Source: Calditrichia bacterium
Lineage (GTDB): Bacteria > Calditrichota > Calditrichia > JAJRVZ01
DNA length: 64,000 nucleotides
Direction: 5' to 3'
Assembly: GCA_963796965.1 (NCBI GenBank)
Contig: CAWCNS010000004.1
Location: 864,001 to 928,000, forward strand
Part shown: positions 56,689-64,000 of the stretch, piece by piece
Position numbering within the stretch: the stretch's first letter is position 1
How the letters are laid out: every line of letters begins with the position of its first letter
Notes under the pieces: generated by a model
Told to the model about the DNA's origin: nothing
The model's database searches: none
The model's input: the letters and a program-made list of their open reading frames with translations, nothing else
Position numbers and translations under genes: made by a program

Positions 56689-59600
56689 GTGAAGCAACTC
56701 TTGATTGGAAAAAAGAGGCTCCTCCAGGCCTTTCTACTAGTCATCATCCCTTTATTTATATCTGTAGGGGATCTTTCTGCCCAGATTGGAATGCAAATTC
56801 CGGATCCGACAAGATCAGTGCAACTTTTTGAGCCTGAATCTGAAAGTATGGGTAGTCAATTCCTTGATTCAACCCTTTTTAAAATTACCCCACCTCTATA
56901 TACACGTAATACCACTCTCGATTCTACAGCAAAGTTTGTCACCGTTGAAGAAATCGTTGCTCAAACTGAGTTTAATTTTCCTGCTGTTGTTGACTTGGAT
57001 ACTTATATTCGCCTGCGGTTGGTCTTTGATCGCCGGGAAATGTGGAAGAAAGAAATTGCTAAAACCCTTAGCGAAGGAGACAAGAAAGAGTCTGGGGCGT
57101 TGGAGTTAGAGATCCCGGTGAGGATTAAAAATGAAACATTTACCCGGATATTTGGTTCCGACCGGGTTCGCCTGCGTGTAACCGGCAACATATCTTTTGA
57201 CCTCTCCGGTAGATCGGAGGAAAGGGAAGGGGCGTCAGTAAGCGCTGTTCAGGATCGTGGAAGTTTTAGCCCTCGGTTTAGTCAAACACAGCAATTTACT
57301 ATTGAAGGAAAAATTGGTGAAAAAGTCACCGTATCCGTGGAGCAAAACAGTGAGGCAACCTTCGATTTTGAGAATACCCTGCGTTTAACTTATGAAGGAG
57401 ATGAGGATGAAATCGTCCAAAGTATTGAAGCGGGTAATATTGGTTTGTCATTGCCTTCGACGAAGTATGTGATTTTTGGTGGTTCTAATAAAGGCCTTTT
57501 TGGAATTAAATCAAATATGAAAGTTGGAAATTTTTATGTCACCGGTGTGGCTTCCATTGAAAAAGGTGAGCAGAAGAAATTATCCATATCTGGTAGCTCA
57601 AAAGAAAGTAAAACGGTCATTCATGATTATGACTTTGTAAAAGACCGCTACTTTTTTATGGACAGCTATTACAGAACTCGCTATGAAACTGGATTCTCTG
57701 AGGATCTTCAGCAATGGTATTATGAAGAAGGCACCTTAATTACTGAATTTAATGTTTACCGTTCGGGCGCTTATTCTGATAATGAAGCGAGAAAGGGTGT
57801 TGCCGTTGTTAAGGAAAGAATTGAGGAATTTGAAAACCTGCCCAATCTGGACGGTATTACCGCCGAATCCGGGGAGGTTGAGGTTGCTGAATTTATTCCA
57901 CTTGAAGAAGGCCGGGATTATGAATATGATTATGCCCGTGGTTTCTTCTGGTTAAAGACCCAGGTTAAAGATACAGAAGTCCTTGCCATTGCTTATAAAA
58001 CAGAAGGAGGAGAAAAAGTTGGAACTCTGTTTTCAGAAGTTGTTGGTTCAGACACCTCCAAACATTATGTACTAAGACTGATTAAACCTAAGTCAATACG
58101 ACCGGATCATGAGAAGGTGTGGCCATTGGTGATGCGTAATGTTTACTATCTGGGTGGTACAGATATTGAACAAGAAGGCTTTAATGTTGAAATAGAATTC
58201 AATAAAGATGGTGGTCATGAGCAAACCCAGCAGGTTGAGCCACGTAAACCTTTCCTCAACCTGATGGGACTTGATCTGGTCGATGAAAATGGGGCCGTCG
58301 TAGCGGACGGCGACAAAAATGTGGATGGCAATCCATATTTAATTAACCGGGCAGATGGAATCTTACTTTTTCCAAGTTTAAATCCATTTGACCCACTCGA
58401 TGAAAGTCGTTTTCAATTAGCTGATACAAACAGGGTGCGAATTTATAATCTGACTGATCGTCAAAATCAGATTGACCGCACAAAATTCGAAATGATTGTT
58501 ACTTCAAAGAGTACCCGGTCTACGTTTGATCTTGGATTTAACGTGTTGGAAGGTAGTGAAGAGGTGCTTTTAAACGGTTCCCCCCTTTCCCGCAATGTTG
58601 ATTACATCATCGACTACTTTACGGGACAACTCACTTTAATATCCAATAAAGCGAAGCGTGCCAGTTCAAATATAGAAATTAAATATGAAAAAGCATCAAT
58701 CTTTCAGTTAGATAAGAAAACCATCCTAGGTGGGCGGGCAGAATACCGATTTTGGGATGATTCCTTTATTGGTTTTACAGCCCTGTATATGAATAAGTCA
58801 ACCCTGGAACAACGTGTCCGTGTTGGGCAGGAGCCATTTAGTAATTTTGTTTGGGATGTTAATATGGCTTTGAATTTTAGCCCAAGATTTCTTACGGATT
58901 TTATAAATATTTTCACTTTCGGTGAGACGAATACAGATTCACGGATAAAAATAGAGGCCGAATATGCACAGGTGATGCCAAAACCTAATACGCTTAATAA
59001 TGAAGGTACCGGTGATTATGAAGGTGTCGCTTATATTGATGATTTTGAGGGAACAAAGAGGGCAACCACATTGGGTATCCGATACAATGCCTGGACAACT
59101 GCCAGTCCCCCGGCGATTTTCCCAGCTATATCTAATGGATTCACTTTGGTTGATACGGTTGCTGACAGGAGACGGGGTAACATGGTTTGGTTTAATCCTT
59201 ATGAACAGGAGTTAATAAAAAATATCTGGCCAAACAGAGATGTGAATGCCGAGACAGGACAGACAACCGATGTTCTCGGTTTACAGGTATGGCGCAAACC
59301 TGAACAGGAGCAGGATGAGGCCTGGGTTGGGATTATGCGTTCAACTGCCAGTTTCCCGAATCAGCAGAAAACCAAATTCATTGAAATGTGGGTGAAGGAG
59401 GATTCTCTTCTTAACCCAAATTATGTGACCTTTAATATTGATATTGGTCAGATCTCAGAAGACTGGTACATGTTTACTGAAAGAGATGGGCAACGTGTCT
59501 ATGGGGCGCCGGACTGGAAAGGATTAAATACAGAAGACCAGAATAGAAACGGGATTCTCGATGTAAATGAAGATACAGGTATCGATGGTATACCCTTTGG

Positions 59601-62600
59601 CCAGGCGGGCCATGATCCGAATGATCGCTGGAAAGCGCCAGACAGAAGAGCACTTCATCCATATGATGGTATTAATGGTACTGAAGGTAATTCGCAGGCC
59701 CAGGCAGCCAACTATCCCGATTCTGAAGATTTAGATGGTAATGGGCAGGTGGATCTTCTTAATGAATATTTTCATTATAGTTTTACCCTGGATCCTAGTG
59801 ATGAGAAGTCAAAAGAGTGGTTATCAGGATCTACGGCAAGTGGCTGGCGACAGTTCAGAATTCCACTGCCAGAGTGGGATCGGGAGAACAGTGTCGGTCA
59901 CCCTGATACGACATTTCAATCTGTTTACTATGTACGATTATGGTTTAGTAACCTGACCGAAGAAAGAGATAATATTCGTATCGCCACATTTGATTTTGTT
60001 GGCAATGAATGGGAAGAAGAAGGCATCTCTCAGGATGATTCAAGTAAATTCGTACAAAATGATTCACTCTTTTCCTTAACCGTATATAATACAGAAGAAA
60101 ATGCCGTCGCAATTCCTGGTGGCCCGCCTCCTTATACATCACCGCCTGGGGTCAGTGGAATAGTTGACCGGATAACCAAGGCAAGATCTAAGGAACAGGC
60201 CATGGTTATGCGGATCAAAGACCTGGCACCTGGTGCAGCTGCACAGGCTCGTAAAACCCTTTATGGGAATATTATGCAGCTGGTGAATTACAAGTATTTA
60301 CGAATGTTTGTACATGGAGACCCCAGATCAATTCCTGCATCGCCTCTCGATAAGAAGAGTCCAGTAAACATATATGTAAGGTTTGGTGCGGATAATAATA
60401 ATTATTATGAGTATGGACAGGAGGTCTATGCCGGGTGGGCCGGTGTCAATGAAATTGACATCGATTTAACAGAGTTGACGCGTTCAAAGTTTACTCACAA
60501 CCAGCGAACTACCGTTCCCGACAGACCTGGCGGTTATTATAGAATTGAAGGTAATCCAAGTCTAAATACGGTAAGGTTTTTTAGGGTTGGCGTAAAAAAC
60601 AATGATGTGTTTTCCTGGTCCGGGGAAATCTGGCTTGATGAAATGCGTGTATCCGGCGTCAGGCAGGATGAGGGGTCTGCGCTACGATTAAGCACAAGTG
60701 TAGCCGTTGCGGATGTGCTGACTTTTGCTGGTCATTGGGAAAGTAAGGATGCTGATTTTCATGATATTAAAACCCAGTTTGGTTCTGGGAATTCAATAGA
60801 ATCGCAAAATTATTCGGGAGTATTTCACCTGGACAGGTTGTTTCCCACGGGATTAAACATCTCTTTTCCCATTGATGCCAGGGCATCATTTAGCAAAAAC
60901 ATCCCAAAATACTTCCCTAAAACTGATATTCTCACCGGATATAAAAATGAAAATATCTATGAAAAACTCAAATCATTGTTTGGCATGAAGTTTTTACATC
61001 CGGATATTGAAAGCCAGGTTTCCTATTCAGAAATATTTGGTGTCGGAACGACAATTAAGAGAAGGATCAAGTCAGACTTCTGGCTATGGTATCATACGAT
61101 TGATCAGATAACCTTAGATTTTGATTTTTCAAATAAAAGCAGTCGGGATTACCGGACAGCCTTTAACCGGTCTGAACAGTGGCGATTCTCATTTACCTAT
61201 GGCATACCATTTGGTAAGGAAAATTTTATTTCTCCATTTGATATTTTTGAAGGGTTTCCGATCCTGGAGGAATTAGCAACCCAAAAAATTTACTTTACAC
61301 CCAATTCTGCAACGTTTAGCGTTAATATTTCTGATAATAAACAATCAAATCGCCTGCGGGCAGCAGATAAGGTTACAAGTACAGTCAATACCATGTCGAG
61401 TCGCAAAGCTAATGTGGGTTTTCGTTTATTACCTAGTGTAAACATGACATGGAGCAGAACGCATAAAGCAGATGCCGACTTTATTGGTATGAGTGGAAAA
61501 GAATTGTTTAAATCAATAATCAGTAATTTGGATTTTGGCCTGGATACAGATATCAGTCAAAGTTTTAAGTTTGATTACAAACCTAAAATAATTGACTGGT
61601 TAACTACAGATTTTTCATATTCATCGGATTTTAGGTACTATTTCGTAAATCTATCTAAAAATCAGAAACAGAGTTCTAACAGGATTGGAAGAAGAGCTTC
61701 AGCATCTTTTAGTCCTAGCCAGTTGGTGAATATGATCTATACGCCAGAAGCAGCGCCAGCGGCTAAAAAGACCAGTCGTGGTCGACGCCCCAGAAAAAAG
61801 ACTAAAGAAGAAACAGAGGAAGTTGTCGAGCAGAAGGCTTCACCAGATACGACAAAAAAAGAATTTAAGATTCCAAATCCATTAATGCTTATTTGGGGTT
61901 TCTTTGATGCCTGGAAAAAGATACAGGCATCGTATACATGGAATCAGAATGTGGCAAATTCATTTGTTTCAGATATACCCAGTCTGAAATATCAGTTTGG
62001 CTTTACAATGGATCCGGGCGTTCCCCAGGACACCAGTTTTAGCACTATCTTGGTAGGTCCTTCTGTAACGGATTCACGGTCACTCCGGACTTCAGTGAAT
62101 TTTGATATTGCATCAAATGTTAAGACAAGTTTTAGCCATGAATATTCGGTTTCTGAAACAAGTAATGATAAAACACGTACCGGAAATGAGTCCAGTACAT
62201 TTCTGGCCTGGGGGGAGAATCCCGCAGAAGAATTTTCTGGCCTGGAAGGAGATATCCGCCGGTTTGTTCCAGATTGGACTGTGAAAATTGGTGGGTTGGA
62301 AGAATTTTTGTTCTTTAAAGGATTAGCAAAAACAGTAACAATAGAGCATGCCAGATCCGGGAAATATACCTCCAGTAAGAAATTAGCGAATAATGAATTA
62401 GTACCCGCTGCAGAAACATTTTCACATAATTACCAGCCTCTGATAGGATTAAGTATTACCTGGTTAGGAGAGGTGCGTTCAACAATTCGTCTCAGCCAGG
62501 GTGCGACCTTTAATGCGAAATCAGCTGGTGGGGCAACCCGCTCAGAAAACAGCACCTTTTCTGTCTCAGCTTCCTATGCTACGAGCGGCGGGTTCCAGAT

Positions 62601-62892
62601 TCCTATACCCATCTGGCCGTTTAAGGGCGCAACGTTTAAAAATGAAATAAATTTTTCCCTGTCATTCGACCGTTCTGTAAATAAAACATTTCAGAAACAA
62701 TTGAATCAGAGTGAGTTCCAGGAAAACCAAAATAATACATCCTGGAAACTAAGACCTGCTGCTTCATACCGCTTTAATAAAAGAGTATCTGGTAGTCTTT
62801 ATTATGAAACGGGTGTAACCGAAAATAAAATTAGTGGAAAATTTAGCTGGAATGAGTTCGGTGTTACGGTAAATATTGCCATCAGGGATTAA
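56689..62892 (+). CDS. sprA: SprA/Sov-like T9SS outer-membrane translocon homolog
   Basis: 2067 aa; Y.G.EDEIVQSIEAGN..L.LP, GLFGIK, GSEEV.LNG..L....DY.IDY..G, YIDDFEG, SEDLDGNG, GEIWLDEMR; beta-strand-rich C-terminus. Confidence 0.85.
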   Translation: MKQLLIGKKRLLQAFLLVIIPLFISVGDLSAQIGMQIPDPTRSVQLFEPESESMGSQFLDSTLFKITPPLYTRNTTLDSTAKFVTVEEIVAQTEFNFPAVVDLDTYIRLRLVFDRREMWKKEIAKTLSEGDKKESGALELEIPVRIKNETFTRIFGSDRVRLRVTGNISFDLSGRSEEREGASVSAVQDRGSFSPRFSQTQQFTIEGKIGEKVTVSVEQNSEATFDFENTLRLTYEGDEDEIVQSIEAGNIGLSLPSTKYVIFGGSNKGLFGIKSNMKVGNFYVTGVASIEKGEQKKLSISGSSKESKTVIHDYDFVKDRYFFMDSYYRTRYETGFSEDLQQWYYEEGTLITEFNVYRSGAYSDNEARKGVAVVKERIEEFENLPNLDGITAESGEVEVAEFIPLEEGRDYEYDYARGFFWLKTQVKDTEVLAIAYKTEGGEKVGTLFSEVVGSDTSKHYVLRLIKPKSIRPDHEKVWPLVMRNVYYLGGTDIEQEGFNVEIEFNKDGGHEQTQQVEPRKPFLNLMGLDLVDENGAVVADGDKNVDGNPYLINRADGILLFPSLNPFDPLDESRFQLADTNRVRIYNLTDRQNQIDRTKFEMIVTSKSTRSTFDLGFNVLEGSEEVLLNGSPLSRNVDYIIDYFTGQLTLISNKAKRASSNIEIKYEKASIFQLDKKTILGGRAEYRFWDDSFIGFTALYMNKSTLEQRVRVGQEPFSNFVWDVNMALNFSPRFLTDFINIFTFGETNTDSRIKIEAEYAQVMPKPNTLNNEGTGDYEGVAYIDDFEGTKRATTLGIRYNAWTTASPPAIFPAISNGFTLVDTVADRRRGNMVWFNPYEQELIKNIWPNRDVNAETGQTTDVLGLQVWRKPEQEQDEAWVGIMRSTASFPNQQKTKFIEMWVKEDSLLNPNYVTFNIDIGQISEDWYMFTERDGQRVYGAPDWKGLNTEDQNRNGILDVNEDTGIDGIPFGQAGHDPNDRWKAPDRRALHPYDGINGTEGNSQAQAANYPDSEDLDGNGQVDLLNEYFHYSFTLDPSDEKSKEWLSGSTASGWRQFRIPLPEWDRENSVGHPDTTFQSVYYVRLWFSNLTEERDNIRIATFDFVGNEWEEEGISQDDSSKFVQNDSLFSLTVYNTEENAVAIPGGPPPYTSPPGVSGIVDRITKARSKEQAMVMRIKDLAPGAAAQARKTLYGNIMQLVNYKYLRMFVHGDPRSIPASPLDKKSPVNIYVRFGADNNNYYEYGQEVYAGWAGVNEIDIDLTELTRSKFTHNQRTTVPDRPGGYYRIEGNPSLNTVRFFRVGVKNNDVFSWSGEIWLDEMRVSGVRQDEGSALRLSTSVAVADVLTFAGHWESKDADFHDIKTQFGSGNSIESQNYSGVFHLDRLFPTGLNISFPIDARASFSKNIPKYFPKTDILTGYKNENIYEKLKSLFGMKFLHPDIESQVSYSEIFGVGTTIKRRIKSDFWLWYHTIDQITLDFDFSNKSSRDYRTAFNRSEQWRFSFTYGIPFGKENFISPFDIFEGFPILEELATQKIYFTPNSATFSVNISDNKQSNRLRAADKVTSTVNTMSSRKANVGFRLLPSVNMTWSRTHKADADFIGMSGKELFKSIISNLDFGLDTDISQSFKFDYKPKIIDWLTTDFSYSSDFRYYFVNLSKNQKQSSNRIGRRASASFSPSQLVNMIYTPEAAPAAKKTSRGRRPRKKTKEETEEVVEQKASPDTTKKEFKIPNPLMLIWGFFDAWKKIQASYTWNQNVANSFVSDIPSLKYQFGFTMDPGVPQDTSFSTILVGPSVTDSRSLRTSVNFDIASNVKTSFSHEYSVSETSNDKTRTGNESSTFLAWGENPAEEFSGLEGDIRRFVPDWTVKIGGLEEFLFFKGLAKTVTIEHARSGKYTSSKKLANNELVPAAETFSHNYQPLIGLSITWLGEVRSTIRLSQGATFNAKSAGGATRSENSTFSVSASYATSGGFQIPIPIWPFKGATFKNEINFSLSFDRSVNKTFQKQLNQSEFQENQNNTSWKLRPAASYRFNKRVSGSLYYETGVTENKISGKFSWNEFGVTVNIAIRD

Positions 62893-62914
62893 ATCAGTAT
62901 ATTTAATTAGAATA

Positions 62915-62963
62915 TAGGAATTACAAGTTAGTAATTTGTAACTGGGAATTAGGAATTGGAATA
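62915..62963. repeat. Degenerate heptamer tandem array
   Basis: taggaat tacaagt tagtaat ttgtaac tgggaat taggaat tggaata. Confidence 0.6.
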
Positions 62964-63050
62964 TGGTGTTTAAAACTGAAGCGAATGGTTTCAGGATAAT
63001 TAATTGGTTTTATCTCTCGTTATTTCGTTGATAAAAAAGTAGGTGAGAAT

Positions 63051-63914
63051 ATGAGTTGGATCGAAATTAGAATGGATCTCCCCCAGGAAAAACTGGAACT
63101 CATCTCAGGGTATCTGTTTGCACAGGGATGTGAGGGTATAAACATGACTGAAAATGGAATCCTGATATATTTTAGTCAACACCGATGGTCAAGTGAAATA
63201 AAACTTGCCCTGTTGGATTATATACAAGAGTTTATTCCTGGATTTGGAACAAGAAACCTCAGGGTCATTTCTTTCGCTGACAAAGATTGGAATAAAAATT
63301 GGAAAAACTTTTTTCGACCTATCCATATCACAACTCGTCTAGTGGTAAAACCCCCCTGGGAAAAGTATCGCAGCCATCCTGGAGAAATTGTCCTTACCAT
63401 CAATCCTCAGATGGCATTTGGAACAGGACACCATGAAAGTACCCAGTTAATTGCGCAATGCCTGGAAAAGTACGTCAAACCAGGCATGCGTATTCTTGAT
63501 TTAGGGACAGGCAGTGGGATTCTCGCCCTTTTTGCTGAAAAATTAGCTGCTGAATCGGTTATGGCCATTGATAATGATCCCGTGGCATTAAAAAATGCCT
63601 TTGAGAATGCCAAATTGAATAATGCTTCAGATATTGTAAAATTTTTTGTAGCACAACCAGAGAACCTACAACCTTCAGAATATGATATTGTAATGGCCAA
63701 TATAAATCGAAATGTCCTTCTACGATATGCGGACCTGCTTCCCAAGTTTTTAAATGTGGGAGGAATATTGATGCTTTCTGGCATTATTCTTTCTGATGAG
63801 CCGACAATGATTAATGCATTTAATAAATCTGGATTCCGCCTGGTAGAAAAAACGGCTTTGAAAGATTGGCTTTCGTTGATGTTTGAATTAAAAGAAAAAA
63901 AAGAAGAGGTATGA
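63051..63914 (+). CDS. prmA: 50S ribosomal protein L11 methyltransferase
   Basis: DWNKNWK..F.PI, INPQMAFGTGHHEST, LDLGTGSGIL, ANI, LSGI. Confidence 0.93.
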   Translation: MSWIEIRMDLPQEKLELISGYLFAQGCEGINMTENGILIYFSQHRWSSEIKLALLDYIQEFIPGFGTRNLRVISFADKDWNKNWKNFFRPIHITTRLVVKPPWEKYRSHPGEIVLTINPQMAFGTGHHESTQLIAQCLEKYVKPGMRILDLGTGSGILALFAEKLAAESVMAIDNDPVALKNAFENAKLNNASDIVKFFVAQPENLQPSEYDIVMANINRNVLLRYADLLPKFLNVGGILMLSGIILSDEPTMINAFNKSGFRLVEKTALKDWLSLMFELKEKKEEV

Positions 63915-64000
63915 GTAATTAAATCATTTAAATCAGATTTATTGAAGAAGGGCCATAAGTGAAATTTACATCTAGTTTGAGTTTAACTCTATTGGCAATA

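Noticed and set aside
63911..64000. Start of a gene overlapping the prmA stop (ATGA)
   Set aside because: The frame closes after three codons; it may be an indel-broken gene but cannot be supported within the window
1..64000. tRNA, rRNA, transposase, integrase, prophage or defence genes
   Set aside because: None recognised by eye; no covariance or HMM search could be run

Overview
AT-rich bacterial chromosomal window, probably from an FCB-group or related lineage such as Calditrichota or Ignavibacteria (inferred from gene order, SprA and the cargo C-termini; not verified). (1) 1-11.97 kb: S10-spc-alpha ribosomal superoperon (rpsS to rplQ, with secY, map, infA, rpoA; no adk), ending in a Rho-independent terminator. 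(2) 12.2-24.7 kb: tightly packed run of a GHL10-like hydrolase, hutU, an orphan ParA and a type IV pilus-class (Pil-Chp-like) chemosensory cluster (response regulator, CheW, PilJ-like MCP, multi-Hpt CheA-REC hybrid; no CheR/CheB). (3) 25-32 kb: envelope and metabolic genes, including two proteins with TonB-C-like domains. (4) 32.6-53.2 kb: three very large secreted repeat proteins with T9SS type-A/FlgD-like C-terminal domains. Two are a colinear acidic/basic paralog pair; the third is ~3200 aa with Ca-binding-like motifs and an identical ~0.5 kb internal duplication. (5) 53.4-64 kb: lptG and lptF (minus strand), a divergent sprA (T9SS translocon) homolog, and prmA. Degenerate heptamer arrays follow all four T9SS-related genes, including a perfect (TCCCCAA)8. 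Many single-base frameshifts, even in essential genes, are best read as sequencing or assembly indels. The supplied ORF track gives the wrong strand for 30540..31292, which is on the minus strand.
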